A stretch of DNA of 64,000 bases from Blasia pusilla (GCA_050084515.1 CM114271.1:38006001-38070000), one strand, 5' to 3'; positions 38,594 through 52,762 are shown, counted from the stretch's first letter. The notes: generated by a model not told the origin, from the sequence alone. Translations and numbers: made by a program.

Positions 38594-41090
38594 GCCTTAG
38601 TTATGGCTTATCCCACTCAATATGCCAATCATGGGAGGCCTTCAATACAACAAATTTTTTTACGAAGTCCACTTTTGGGGCAAGTTGGTGAGTTTTCATG
38701 TGCGGCTCGAGCATTGGATCCTCTCTCTCCGGCGGTACCAAGTGTAGACATAGTGGCTCTCTTAGAAGCTCTTAATTCTCCTTTAATTGGTGATGCACCA
38801 CCTCTTTTGGAAGACTATACTACTCATCTTGACTTGGAGGTTTTCACAAGGGATTTTCTTCATACTCCTCGCTTATGAGCAAGCGGGCTATTAGGGATGG
38901 TTTTTGAGCATCTCCACGATTGCTTTATCCGGAAAGATTCAACAAGTGGCTTTGTCTCTCTATTTAGAAGGTGTGTATACATATTGCAGCATGTCGTCTC
39001 CCATGCTCTATCTCTAGGCTCTTAGGGTCTTGTCTTTTGTTGACTATGGATAAGTCTCCTTCAAGTGTCCGCCCTTTGGCTATTGGAAAGGTTTTATACC
39101 GCTTGGTTAGTCGATCCCTGTGCTTGCAATATTCTCTTCACTCTAGTGCCCACTTCTATCCTCATCAATTTGGAGTGGCAATCCCTGGTGGTTGTGAGAG
39201 TGTGGTGCATGGGATTGGCTCCAGCGTGGGTAGCAATTCAAGCCGATGTGGCTAACGCATTCAATTCAGTTTCTCGTGGGACCATCTTTGAAGAGTTATG
39301 TTGTGTATGAGGGTAACTTGCGAGTCTCATTCCATTTTTTTGCTCCTTCTAGGCCCATGATATGCCCATTATCTATTCCCATCATGCTTCTTCCGCAGAA
39401 TATAGTATTTATTCTCCCATCAGCTTGTGTCACGTGTCAAGGTGATCCCATGGGTGCCCACTATTTTCCATTGCCCATTTTTGTGCCTTTTGAGCATCAG
39501 CCCAAGCATTTCCATCTTGTTTTTTCCCTTCTATGGCTGATGACATGCACATTAGAGATCGTCCTTCTGAAGTGGTTCCTGCTTATACACATTTTGTGGA
39601 GCAATTCTATTTCTTCAACCTGAAAGTCCACCATAGTAAATGTCAGGTAAAGTCTCCTTCATGCCTTCCCTCAAGATTCACCCCACCTACTCTTGAAGGG
39701 GTCAAAGTTCTTACATCTGTTGGCCTCTTTTGACGCTTCTATCTTGGCAATTTTTGGTCAACTTCTTGGCCCAATACATTTGACAGAGAGGATGATGTCT
39801 TGGCTTCACCACAAGCTATCTTGATTATTTCTTTTGGAGGGGTGGGGCTTTCTTCCATAGCCGCATATGCTTCAACAACTTATTTGGGGAGTTGGCATTG
39901 GTGGCACCAATTATGGCTTCAAGGTTTCTCCAAGGAGATACACCTATCTTGATGGATCATGTCGCCCATGTAAAGGAGGGGGACTTGTTTTTTCAACAAC
40001 AATTGAGATCTACCGAAACTATTCTTCTTCTTGCTACACTAGAAATTCTATCCCCTTTCAATCAATTGATTATAGAAGGCCTTCATCAACTTCAAGAGCA
40101 TATCTCTGAGAATCTGCACCAAATAAACTTTTCCAGCATTCTCTCTTAGGCAACCTCTAACGCTCATAGAGCTCGTCTGTGTTAATGTGCGGGTACAAGA
40201 GCGGGGGCGGGGCTAACTACAAATCCTCTTATTCTTCCATTTAATTTTCCTCGAAATATATTCTCGACAGCTTTGCGGTTACGTCTTGGACTTCCCCATC
40301 CTTCTTTGCTAGGTATGCCAAATTGTATATGCGGAGATCCCATTGATGCAAAGGGTATCCATGTTCTCCCATATGCACATGCTAGAGAACAAATGACCAC
40401 ACATGATGTCATTAGAGATGTGGTAGGAGCGCTAGTTCATACACTATTGGGCAAGAGCAGCTCCATGTCCTACCTTCAACCACACAAGCAACCTGTCATT
40501 GGAGAGTTGATCTTGTTATGTCTCGAGGTGGATTCTAGCTAGACACTAGGTAATATGGTGGTTGCTGATCCAACACGTTCTAACTTGGTCTGTCAAGCCG
40601 CAGTACCAAAGGTTTGGCGGTGGAAGCAATAACAAGAATCAAGGAGTTAAGTTATGCTGTGAGGCATGCGACTGACAAATTTATTCCTTTTGAAATGGAA
40701 GTATTTGGTCATTTACATGTGTCTTTTGATATTTTCATGAATATATGTGCTCACCACTCCCTTGATAATCATCACCTTGCCCCTTCTCGTAGTCCTTCTC
40801 TCTCTGTAGTTACTATTTATTTTCAGCATGCATTTCAGTGGCCTTACAACACGCAAAAATCTCGGCATTGATACGTCATGCGGAGGTGGTGGGGAGTCGC
40901 TCTCCTTGTCGTTCGTTCACTAATGTTCTTTTCAGAGTTGTTTTAGGCTAAGAATCGTGTAGCTTGTTGAGTACGTGTTAGCTAGTTGCCCTTTTCTTTT
41001 TTCATTCCAAGATGAAATTTTTTACTCCTCTTTTGAAATGTTATTACCTTTCTTTGTCCTCCTTATAATAAAGTGGATATTATTTTCAAG
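38594..41090 (+). mobile_element. CRE-like non-LTR retrotransposon, 5'-truncated and degenerate, with C-terminal zinc knuckle/RLE region
   Basis: Collinear with 6885-8789. Continues with RLRLGLPHP..CICG..H..THDVIRD, RVDLV and VVADPT, then a T-rich 3' UTR with AATAAA. Confidence 0.85.
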
Positions 41091-41366
41091 ATTGTAGACA
41101 TGATTGCAGTTTTCAACGCTTGGTATGTCCCGTCCCGCTGGATAAGATGCCCCAATAATAGGTCACAAAGTGTGGTGCTTCGCGTTGTAGTCCATGTTGT
41201 GCTACAGTCAATTTGCATCTAGACTTCCTAGTCCGTGAGGTTGTTGTCAGCTCCCCTCAAACTTTGATTGTGAGACTTTGGACGTGGGCAATCGGCGAGC
41301 GACAACTTGCAAGCTACTATTTGAAAGACTGGAGCTGCCTCTCAATGTTCGTTTCAGAATGCAACC

Positions 41367-42791
41367 ATGGGACAAATGGTGAAGATAGAGGGGGCATAAG
41401 TTCGTAGATAATCACAGACCGCTTCTTCAAGTACTGCAAGCCTCAAGTCTGATGGACATGGAGGAGCTTTCGGGATGGATAAAGCTCAAGAAAGGGTTGA
41501 TAGAGGAGCACCTTCTAGGAGCGTGGCGGCGGTTTTACGCCGGTGTGATTTGAAATTGGTGAGCGACTTCAACACCATAGTTGAGGCTTGTGTTGGTTAC
41601 GAACGTCAGCCGTGCATGGAGGGTGTGGCCCAAGCGCACGCATATTGTTGGATGAGTCCTCATTGCCAACGAGTCACCGCTTAATCAGTATATAGGTTTC
41701 CACCACAAAATGGGACAGGTCATTTCCCCTTTTTCTCCGGACTAAAGCCCGCGTCAGCTTAAGAAATTAAGCTGGCTTCGGTCATCTGTAAACAATTGGG
41801 AGGTTATTTCGACTTTCATACCTCATCGTCACGTTCATCAGAGTAGTGGCAAGAGAAGTTATTGAGTCTGGGAAAGTTGATCAACTGTCTAATTCATTCC
41901 TGAACTAGCTTCGAGTCTCACAAGTCGCATCCATATGAAGAATCTATGTAGGTGCCCAATCCTCCCTCCAAACTTTTCTTCTCTTGCAAAAAAGCGCCGA
42001 TCAAAGGTACCGGTAGAGAGACTCCTTTACTGCGGAGCCATTATCCTATCTTAATCACCAGTAGAAGTTCGTCTTCAACACGACAGACAAGCTGGAATTT
42101 GAGAAATAGTAACGGACTTCCAGCTTGAGATGCATGTGTGGTACGGCCCATCAAAATTTCAGCGTTCACTCACAACTACAGTCGCTATGCTTTCTGTCGA
42201 TCCCCATTTACAAACTTTGTATTTCTTCTCACAGGTGAAAGTAATGCTTGCCAACCACTTCACGTTGAGAACCAACCCCAAGTTATAGCACGTAATTGTA
42301 GTTCTTGGCACACATTCTAGAGAGTGCTCGCGAAGGAAACTCGGAAGGAAACTCACAAGTCCATTCTCGAACAAGTTTTGCGTCGTTCTAACAACAGTCG
42401 GTGCAGTTTTCCTGATCATGATTGTGTACTGTTGAAGGATTGCCAACCGAAAAGACTCAAACAAAAAGACGAAAGGCCATGGAGGAGGAGTTCTAGTTAC
42501 GGTCCCCGTACCTGGAATCACGTGGAGTGCAGCTCATCAACGAAAGTTATTATACAACAACTCAGTACTCAATTTCCTATAAGAGATGAGGACGACGAGC
42601 ATCTTACAAAAAAGATTACTAACGTGACCTTCGGAGACGGCACTTACACCGACTCGGGGCAGAAGCACGCGGTATGTGAGATTATGTGGGAGATACGAGC
42701 TCAGTTCCAATGGAAAGCATAAGACGTGCTTCTCATCAACAATATTGTTGTCCTATATGCAAGAAAAATCTTGGCCTCGCCGGTGAAGTGA
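41367..42791 (+). pseudogene. Pseudogene copy of the TauD/CAS-like dioxygenase
   Basis: MGQMVKIEGHKFV...LSGWIKLKKGLIEEHL, GFHHKMGQ and TFGDGTYTDSGQKHAVCEIMWEIRAQFQWK*. Frameshifts and deletions. Introns and flanks are homologous to 49.0-51.1 kb in inverted orientation. Confidence 0.9.
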
Positions 42792-43006
42792 AATTCGCGG
42801 TGTAAAGAAGGGAATCAATCGATGGCAGCGAAAGGTGGTAACAAATCATGTCGTCATCATGGATGCAATCGCTATCTCTGAATATCTCTTGAAAACAAAT
42901 AAAAGAGGAACCGGTATGGCTCCTCGGAAATAATGGAAGGATATTCTCCCCCCTAACACTTAGATTAAATCTCACGGATAGGGAAAGATGCCTTTTCATC
43001 TTTTCG

Positions 43007-44070
43007 TGTTGACATCATCATGTGATAACCCACTCTTTTGAACATTTTGTAGTTGGGATGCTTTTTTACATAAATAGGTAAAAGTCTTTATGAAGGAAGA
43101 TTTCAGATTTCGTAAAAGATTGTAAATATGAATATAGGAAGAGAAATAGTTGGAAGAGTACTTGATAAGGTTAGTCAGTGAAACTCCATTGAAAAGACAA
43201 GGAGACTGGAAGATCAGGGAATTATCTTGGAGGAGTGAGAATTGTTGTAAAAGTAGGAAAGAAGAAAGACAGGGAAGAAGAAGGAGAGTCGCGAGTGCTT
43301 TGTAGCGAAGACTGCATAGAAGACCGAAATGTGGAAAGATGGTTAAGACTGTTAAACAAAGACCTCTAAAATACTTCTTCTTTGCAATAGAAGATCCAAG
43401 GGAGTCTTTGTGCGAAGATTGTGAAGACTACAAAGACCATAAATAATGAACGGTCGCGGAAAATTCAGAAGGTAGAAATGGACTGGTGCCATGGTTTCGT
43501 TGGAAGAGGAAACGACACCCACCAATTTAAGGCAAGTGGAGGGTTAGAGAGTCTGAACCAAAGGGTGAACAATTAGAAATCTAGATGAGAATAGGAAACG
43601 AAATGTATAAAGACTACTTAAAGAGTAAATCAGAAGAGGGACGGATCATTCCCTTATGTTTTGCATTTTCAGTACTATTGTTGATTGTTCTTGAGGGATG
43701 GTCCGAATCAAAGGGTCTCGTGCACTCTAAAGCTTGTATTACTTTGTAGTTTCCTCTCCTCCACTCTTTGATGCAGTAGAAGTGTCTTCTCTCATTCTTT
43801 CAGGTGTGCAGAGTGAATGAAAATCTTATTGGGCTGCAGTATGGATGAGAATTGAGTCTTTGGTTTAAGGATCCCAAAGGATAATCAGGAAGAGCGTAGG
43901 AAAGTTGTTAGACAGTGAGTAATCTGCCATGACAGATTCAGTTCTGAAAGTAGGATGAGCCGCCACCTTCTTGAGGTCTCTTTGAGGTCTTCGTTGGAAT
44001 TTTGGTATCCAAGATTCGCAAGATTCTTCCCTTGCACTTGAGAAGAGTTGCACTTGGAGGGAAGACAACA
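43007..44070 (+). mobile_element. Possible LTR-like remnant
   Basis: TGTTG...CAACA ends, a purine-rich first half, TATAAA near 43606 and a PBS-like TGGTACGAGAG shortly after. No TSD and no second copy. Confidence 0.3.
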
Positions 44071-44891
44071 ATTTAATCTTTGGTACGAGAGAAGATTGTG
44101 TCGTTGTGTTTAGTGCTTAGTGAAGCAGAAATTCCTTACAAGTCTTATAAAACCTCTATTTACTCAGGAAACAATGATATCTTGGGAAGGAACTTAATAC
44201 TTTGCGATTAAAGGAGTACATTTTCCTTGAGTTGTACATTACACATCTCTCCATCATGGTTTTTGTTTTCTTTATGGCACGCGGTTTATTGTGTCGGTCT
44301 TTTAGAGTTTTTACTTGGCCGAAAAAAGATACTTTTTGAATGAAATGGAAGGTAAAATTCTAACGAGTTCCTTTCCGCCAATTATCTTTTGAATTTTCTA
44401 TTTTTTGAAACACTTGATTTATGATATTTTTGAGGCTGCCCGGCTAGTTTCGAGGTTTCCGGGCAAGTTTCACACGCCCGGGAAACAAGCATATAAAATT
44501 TTCTGGCCTTCTTTGGACTTTAGTGCAGATCTGCAAGACCATACAATAGGTCAAAAAACTATTTAACTTTGGAGTTTGGGTTGTGGCCTATGTCTTCCCC
44601 TTCAACTCAAACCCCCTTCCTTATACCAACTTATGCTAAACCTTTGCATGCTTCCTATTAATTGGGAGCTAAGGATCCTTCCCCTTCATAAGACATTCAA
44701 CCTTCTAAAATGAAGCTTCAATATATTAAAAAGGGTCCCTTATTACCCTTCTCCCCACTTACCTTACACATTCATAACTTCTACACTTGGAGATATATCT
44801 ACATCTTAAGACTCTAGTGGAATATCCTTGCATTGTTAGAAACATATTTATCTGGATTTTAATATATATACCTAAAATTTGTTGAATTTTT

Positions 44892-46944
44892 TCAAAAATT
44901 TATAGATTCAACCAACGAGTCATCGTAGTCTACTACTTTCCCCTCTAATTCAATCCTAAGAACTGCATCCAAATGGCTTGTCATTAATCTATTACGATTT
45001 TTAATCTTCATCATATTTTGCATAGAGAAAGCTCTTTTACAAATAGTTGTGCTCACACATTTTACCCTACAAATATTGGCTAAAATGAGGAGGTTGGAGA
45101 ACTTACATTGCAGGGATGGGCTCCAACTTACCATAGCCCAAAAATCCCCAGAGTTTCTTTTTCCACTTTATGGTGGCCATGAGTTTAAATGATTGAAACT
45201 CTTGTTTCACAACTCTTGGATTCACTAGTCTAAGAGCACGTTGCAATTGACTTCTTAAGGCCAAATCCCTTCCAAAAGTTGCACAAACATCATCCACATA
45301 CTTACAACCCCAACTATTTAGTCATACTTACCTTGAAGGCAAAAACACTCTAAGCAAATGCTTTTGAAACAATAGACCGGTCTCTAAATCCTTTCCACTC
45401 CTATCCCCTATCATTTCAATGTTATGGTACTTTCTGCCCCTAACCTCAAATTGTATACGTGCAGAGAAGGTAGAAACATGAAGATGAGGATATTCCATCA
45501 CAAAGTTCATTGTAATAGAAGCTATTTCCAAATTCAAAATACTACCAATATTACTAACCTCTAAAAACTTGTATTTTATTACTCAAGTTAGCAAGAAGAA
45601 ACAAGATATTTTCCTAAAAGTACAATTGGTAAATCATTTGAAACGATCTCTCTTTGCTATACATATTGGCATCATCACCATCATATTTAGAGGGGAAAAT
45701 ATCCCTGAAATATGTAAGCACTGATTCCAATCAGTCACACAAAGTAGTGACGGCTTGCCAACGTGACAATTGATGAATTTTTTTATACCTCTTCACAACT
45801 CTTCGAGAGTCATTCAACTTCTCTTGCAAAGTCGCGAGACCACACTTCTTCTTTGAAGACCTTCTGAAATATGTGGCTACAACATTCAAGATCACATCTA
45901 CTTCTGTAGATATATCTTTACAACATATTACCCCTTTGGATGTTAGAGGAGCAAGGTTAGTCCTATGTGTGACACAATGTATAGAGAGCATGAAAGATTC
46001 ACCTTCTGCTTTAGTTGAGATGCAACTCCATTTTGACTCTCCACCATGGCGGAGGTTCCGTTAGAACCAAAGGCCAACATCTTTGCTTTATCTAGTCTTG
46101 AATCTTTTAGCAACTAAAAAAGATTACTAGTAATTGCATTTGAACATTTCTCTAGACATTGTAACAATCCTATGAATGAACTCTCAACTTGGTCCTTGTC
46201 CCAATACTTTACAAACACAAAAAGATGTGTTGTAATAGATATATTAGTAGACTCGTCAATCATGATCCCAAAGAACGTAGACTGTTGAACTTTACAAAGG
46301 GTGCTTCTAAGAAGAACTTGGGTAAGTTCTTCTTAGAAGCACCCTTTGTAGGGCTCAAAAGTTGCGCACATATGAGCGCAACTTTTGTCATCATGATACA
46401 GGTCTCGAGTGAAAGGCGCATGTACTGAAACCAACAAGTTACATAGACTTGGAAATTTGGTAAATGGTAAGGCTTCCTTTGCAATAAAATATGCGCTTTT
46501 GAACAAAGTCAAAAGAGCTAGATCATAAGTTTGATTTGTGGTGGCTCTGTCCTTGGCCATGGATCTGTTTTCAACATTGGCGGCCCATGCTTACTTCATG
46601 TGCTCATTTCACTTACCATGATCTATGAAGGCTAGTTAGAGATCATGCACCTTACAGTTTCTTGCACCATCCCTAGCAAAAGAGCTTTTCCCCTTACCTT
46701 GCCTACAGACTTTGCAAAATATCCTACAAGTCGTAGTCTTTACATGAAACTCTATCCAATCAAACAAGGTATACCATACATCCTTCCATGCTGATTGATT
46801 CTTCTCAATTTGATTTCATGAATAAGGATTTGACTTCTCCACTTCCCTCCCCTCCGATGACCTTGACCTGATATTGTCCTTTGAAAATTCGGGACTAACA
46901 TCCTTAGATAACATCTCATTTATAGTTCTCTTTCTCTTAGCCAT
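44892..46944 (-). mobile_element. Second hAT transposase copy, heavily degenerate, retaining the hATC dimerisation domain
   Basis: Collinear with 11799-13395 (MAKRKRT, HCVTHR, RWQAVTTLCD) and adds VSTTICKRAFSMQNMMKIKNRNRL. Confidence 0.88.
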
Positions 46945-47765
46945 ATAGAGGCTACGAGAGCTTGGGACTATGATGTAAATGCTAATAGAAGGTGCAAATC
47001 ACTATATTGTAGGTTTAGCTTCTACAACTACGAAATTCAAAGGAGAAGTAAGCCGACTTAAAATGAAACCTGAAACGGACAGTAAGTGCGATTAAGAAAG
47101 TTTCAAAACACAAGGCATAAGACACTAAGACCAAGACACGGTCAACTCTTCCTTATAGAGACTTGAGCTTTTGGCCAAAGTCTTGTGAATGGAACCTAAA
47201 TGCTTGAAATTCTGAACTCTTGGAGGCATGCTTGTGAAAGCTACGTTGAGTGTGAGTGCGAGACTCTACAACAATGGACAACTGCGATTCTCCACATTGG
47301 ACATCGAGAGACCACAGAAGAGCTAGTTACAACGAGCGAACGACCCTTAGCCAAGCGTGGCGCGTAGTTAGCTTCGAGCTGTGACAACTAAGGAGTAGCG
47401 AGGAGTGATCAACAAGAACCGAGTAGCAACAACATGATAGCACTAGCCTACATTCAAGAGATAGTAATGACCACTTTGAGATTGCAGAGCACTAATATAT
47501 TACAAAAGAGCAGCGGATTGCAAAGCAATAATAGATTCAAGAGTAGCAGCAACGGCGTGAGTTGAAACCAATGTTGTGTAGGGAAAGTTTTGAATCCCCA
47601 AGGGGAAAGCATAACGAGTTGGGTATCGAAAACCTAAGAGTTTCCAATTGAGAACTTGCGAGGTAAGAACAGAGAACCTTTCAAATCTCTTGAGTCTAGG
47701 GCAAAGACACAAGGAGCCCGCGAGTTGAGAGGCGAGCTGAGAGTCTATTGAAGCACAACGAAAAT

Positions 47766-47768
<3 letters not shown>

Positions 47769-47830
<62 letters not shown>
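47769..47830. repeat. (GA)31 microsatellite
   Basis: Read directly. Confidence 0.97.
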
Positions 47831-47832
<2 letters not shown>

Positions 47833-48081
47833 CAAAATCGTCTCAAAAACTTGTCTCGATCTATACCCTCCTCCTCGCAGCCAACCTTCTCATAGAAACC
47901 ATAGCATCGTGGACCCACAAGCAAAGAAGGGCCGGAAACTTGACCAGAACAAGAGTTGAGACTATTTGCATTGCTTGCCCAAAATCATCAAATAGGTCGG
48001 CACACGACTCATTGTAGAAGTCGGGACTCGGGCCTTGCATATTTAGAGGTATTGTGGCATCCAACAACGAGAAACATACAC

Positions 48082-48083
<2 letters not shown>

Positions 48084-48121
<38 letters not shown>
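48084..48121. repeat. (GA)19 microsatellite
   Basis: Read directly. Confidence 0.97.
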
Positions 48122-48124
<3 letters not shown>

Positions 48125-49092
48125 GAAAGCAAAACATTTCCAATCGATCTCAGATTCCAAGCGCCCTAGGGGGCAAACGCAGCTCATACGACATTGATCA
48201 TACCACACCAAGCTAGACAATACCACACCACAATAACCTAGTCTGCATCAAAGCCATACCAAGATTTAAGCCAACAAGCAATTATGATGATCATTTCACA
48301 CACACCTTCATTATTACCATGTTTTAGTGATTCAAATTATTATATTATCATTGTTTCTCGCCACGAACAAGGCCGTCCTCAATATTTTCATTTCTTTTTG
48401 CTTTCACTTTTCAAGACATGTTTTGATTTATGAGGATAAAATTGTTCAGTATCATTTGCAATTTGATTTTCCCCTACAATCAATATTTCATCGAACTCAC
48501 TTTAGCGAGAACATAAAAGAAAAAAATAAATTTATTTTCTCATAGTATCCTTTATTCAAATTTATTTTGATGTTGTTTTTCACTATTACCACAATGATGT
48601 TTTCTATTCATTTACCCCATCAACGGGTCTCCATACGGCCACTACAAACATATATATTTTTCTTCCCATGTAACTTATCCGCGTGTCTCCAATCGTAATT
48701 CTTCTCATGGCTTTTACAAGTACATCATCTAGCCTATCCACGTGTCTACGCTTGTGTGATTCTCTCCTACGTGTAACAGACAAATTATAGTATCTAGTTA
48801 CTAGTATGCTGCTTTCGTTATACCTATCCACGTGTACTCCATTTAAGACTGTCCAGTCTTCATCTCTCTGATCTGCCAGCGGTTTCTTCCCCCTCGAAAG
48901 GAACCGCACACTGGTTCAAGCTAAATTCATCTACGAATCTGACAGAGAAATCTGCTACACTAGACTACATTCTCTCTTGTTTCATCACTTTTGCAGCGAC
49001 TCACAAATAAGGGTGCGAAACAGGATGTATACGACGACGACGTGATTACCGTCTTCTAACAGAAACGATTCTCTTCATTGCACCGGCGAGTT

Positions 49093-49489
49093 TCACTTCA
49101 CCAGGGAGGCCAAGACTTTTCGAGGAGACGAGCAGGGATTTCTTGCATGTAAGACAGCCATGTTGTCGACGAGAAGCACGTCTCCTTCTTTCCATTGGAA
49201 CTGGGCTCGCATCTCCCACATTATCTTATAAACCGCGCGCCTCTGCTGCGAGTCGATGTAAGTGTCATCTCCAAAGGTCGCTCTAGGGATCGTTGCTGCA
49301 AGATCCTTGTCGTCCTCGTGTACATCGTTGATCTCTTCTGGTAAATCCAGTACCAAGTAGTTGTAGAACAACTTTCGTTGATGAGTTGCATCCCACCTGA
49401 TTCCGGGCACCGGGCCTGTAACTAGAACTCCTCCTCCGTGGCCTGGGAGCCATTCCATCTTCAAATTTGAGTCTTTTCCTTTGGCAATC
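49093..49489 (-). CDS. TauD/clavaminate synthase-like dioxygenase, exon 3
   Basis: AG acceptor at 49491-49490 is in phase with exon 2. Contains WKEGDVLLVDNMAVLHARNP..RKVLASL (distal His and 2OG-binding Arg) and ends at a TGA stop. Confidence 0.88.
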
Positions 49490-50174
49490 CTTCAGCAGTA
49501 CACAATCATAATCAGGGAAACCGCACTGACTGTTGTTAAAACGACCCAAAACGTTAACGAGAATGGACACGTTAGTTTCCTTCGCGAGCAGTGTCTGGAA
49601 TGGGTGCCCAAAACTCCAATCAAGCGCTAAATCTTGGCCAAGAGGCGGTTTATTTTCCTCTGGGGCTAGGAGTTTGCTCTAAGCGTGAGCTGGCTGGATA
49701 AAGTTACTTTCAACTGTGGGAATAATTACGAATTTTGTAAATGGGGATCTACAGACAGCGCAGCGACTGTAATTGTGAGTGAACACTGGAATTCTGATGG
49801 AGAAATGAGAATTCTGCCCGAGTATTAGCAGGGTTGATAGACAAAAACTAAACTTGTGTAGACATATTAGAACAACCAAAAATGTGAACTCGGGGTTCCG
49901 AAACATGAAAATTGGAGCCCCCAATTCTGGCGACAAGTTGGGGTTGTCGCCTGAATATGAAAGCCCTCACCCTTTTAGAGTTGAAGCCAGATGGTTTGGA
50001 TAAGGCGCAACCATTGTGTATCATTGAGAACTTTTCAGTCCAGATTTTCCCCGAAGGGAGGGAAAAATGGATGACAGGCGAAGGACATTCGAGGACTTCA
50101 GTTTCTCCTCTTGCCAGAAATGTTGAGATACATGTATGGCATGGCGCACATGGAAACCGTGGAAGAAAACTTAC

Positions 50175-50434
50175 TGATTCTCAACTTCCAGCTTGTCTGT
50201 CGTGTTGAAGAAGGACTTCCAGTTGCGATTAAGGTATGATTCAGGAACATCTTTATCTCCAAAAAAAGTGTTATATATGACCCCTTTTTCTTCCAAATTC
50301 CTTAGGAACTGTGGCATCTCCTTCTCCAAACGCTCCACCACTAAATGACTCCACAGCAGAGGAGTCTCTCCACCGGTGTCCTTGATCGGAGCTTTTTCGC
50401 AAAAGAAGAAAAGTTTGGAGGGAGGATCGAGCAT
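50175..50434 (-). CDS. TauD/clavaminate synthase-like dioxygenase, exon 2
   Basis: tgcAG|ATG acceptor and GTAAGT donor. Reads PSKLFFFCEKAP..GGETPL...WKSFFNTTDKLEVE. Confidence 0.88.
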
Positions 50435-50665
50435 CTGCACAGATTATTCATTTGGATGCCAATTGTTAGACCCGAAAATGGTTCAAAGGTAAACTCAACA
50501 GTAGATCGACCTTCGCAGCCTCAATAACTACTTCCTACTTTTCTTCTGATGAAGATGAAGATCAAGTATTACAGTCCGAATTTTGGCCTCCCCGACTGTT
50601 CACGGATTACCAAAGCCAACTTAATTTCTTGAGCTGCCATGGGCTGAAGTCCGGAGGGAAATGAC

Positions 50666-51031
50666 CTGTGCCATTTCGTGGTGGAACCCTATGTACTGAT
50701 TAAGGGGTGCTTCATTGGCATTGGAGACTCGACCAACAATATGCGAACGCTTCCCCAGGCCCCTCGTGTACGGGCGTTCCTCGTAACCAAAAGCTTCAAC
50801 TATGGTGTTGAAGTCGCTCGCCGATTTCAAATCACACCCACGCAATAGCACCGCCCCGCTGCGATGAAGGTGCTCCTCTATCAACCCTTTCTTGAGCTTT
50901 ATCCAGGCCGAAAGCTCCTGGACGTCCATCGGACTGGAGGCCTGCAGTACTTGAGGAAGCGGTCCGAGACCTTCAACGAATTTCTGCCCCTCTATCTGCA
51001 CTTCTGTGAAATCGTTCGCCATCGGTCCCAT
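50666..51031 (-). CDS. TauD/clavaminate synthase-like 2OG-Fe(II) dioxygenase (At3g21360-like), exon 1; spliced protein about 340 aa
   Basis: ATG at 51031, SGAVLLRG and the IGFHHEMA HxE metal motif, then a CAG|GT donor. The three exons total 1023 nt in one open frame. Confidence 0.88.
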
Positions 51032-52762
51032 TGCACTCCAGTAGGTCTACGGCGTTCCAGAAGCAAGCTGAAGTCGCCAATTGCCTGCGTCCTAAGTCGC
51101 CCAATTCGATTCAAAGTTCAGGGGAGCGTACAACAGCTTCACGGATGTGGAAGTCCTGATGAGAATTGACCGCAGCACAGCAAGGTCGACAAGAGAGGCG
51201 CAGCACTATGTCTTGCGACGACGAAAATCCTCTCGGTCGCCTCGCTTCCTAGCGAGCCACCTATCCCTTCCGATCCCAACGAAGAGAAAGAAAGCGCAGT
51301 GCAACAGTAATGCAGCGGTAGAGAGTTGTAGATCTCCACGAACACTGCAGCGACTGAAACAGCGACTGAAACACTTCCTATCGTTGGCGATTGTGGTGGT
51401 AGAGCAACTGGCGAAGTCAATATGTACACTTCTGGAAGGAGATTTTTAGTAAGTACTACCTTTAGGAAAGTGATCTTTTTCTTAAGTGCTCATATTAGAG
51501 TCTAATTGGGAACGTCCGTTCTGAATGGATAGATTCTGGGGAATCATGTGGGATTATTTCCTTGAATGTTTTCTCCCAAAGATTTATTGTTTGGACACAC
51601 TCTCGTATTGTCTTTTATTATTTTTAAAAAAAATATGAAATAAATTCTCTATTTCATTGCATTTTATTTTTATTTAATTCATGATATTTTAATGATTAAA
51701 ATCTTCCCCTTTTCTACTTCTTAGTTTAATATAGGCCCAAAGGGTAAATGATATCTCCTCATTAAGTATAAAATTAAAATCTTCTAAAATATGAAAACAT
51801 GTTTAAATATAATAAATAAAATTACAAAGAAAATTTAATAAAAAAATATTTCCATCTTCATACTTTCCATATTTCCCAAGGATAATCCTAGAGGAGGCTT
51901 AGAGACATTTCCTTAATTGACTTCTTGGACAACTTTCATAACTTGCTCATATTCGCATGTCTTAGAAGTTAGCAAAAGCCCATAATAGTAAGAATCCATG
52001 AAGGATGAAGTTGAAATTTCTATTTCGAAACTAATTCAACTCTTCATCTCCAACTCCAAATCACTATCTATACAATTTTATGCAAAAACATGCATTCAAA
52101 TTTTTTCAAGGGGTGCAATATCTGTCCATAAGATTGTACAAATAAGCCATTTTCAAGAAGTTTTTTTATATGTTTTTTACAGAAATGGGTTGTATGGGAA
52201 AATGTGTGGATCGAGAGGAACCTCATACTTATATATATTACAGAGATATAAACAAAAACTCATTCTATCTAATATGATTAATCATTTGATAGATATAATA
52301 CATATTCAGAGGTCTTGCCAGCTCTTCCCCTAGGTGTAGTCATGTGTGCCCCCTCTCAAAGAGGAATAGTCCTTTCCAACACAACATTGGCTTCACCGTC
52401 ATTTATGTCTTGTGTTGGTTGTGTTGAAAATATCTCCTAATCTCTCTCAAAAAATCCAAAAAATTCTTGTTGCATTCGGCTAGGAAAATGGTATGTTTGT
52501 GGATATCTCCCTTCCATCCTTTGAGGAATATCTTATTTTAAGAAAGGTGGCAAAATCAATTCGAGTCTACTCAAAATAAGATCATCCACCAATGGATTTC
52601 AATGATTTTTTAGGACAAGTTATCGAGTTTTATTTAGGACATCCCATACTTCTTATGGATTCAACCTCTATTCAAAGAAGAAGTTTTCTGCCTCTCGATT
52701 TTAGAGATCTATGACAATTGCGTGAATAAGCTCTCCTCGATTGTACATGTAAATAAAGCGGA

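Noticed and set aside
47500-48226. ORFs with LSLSLS/ERERER runs
   Set aside because: They are artefacts of the (GA)n microsatellites.
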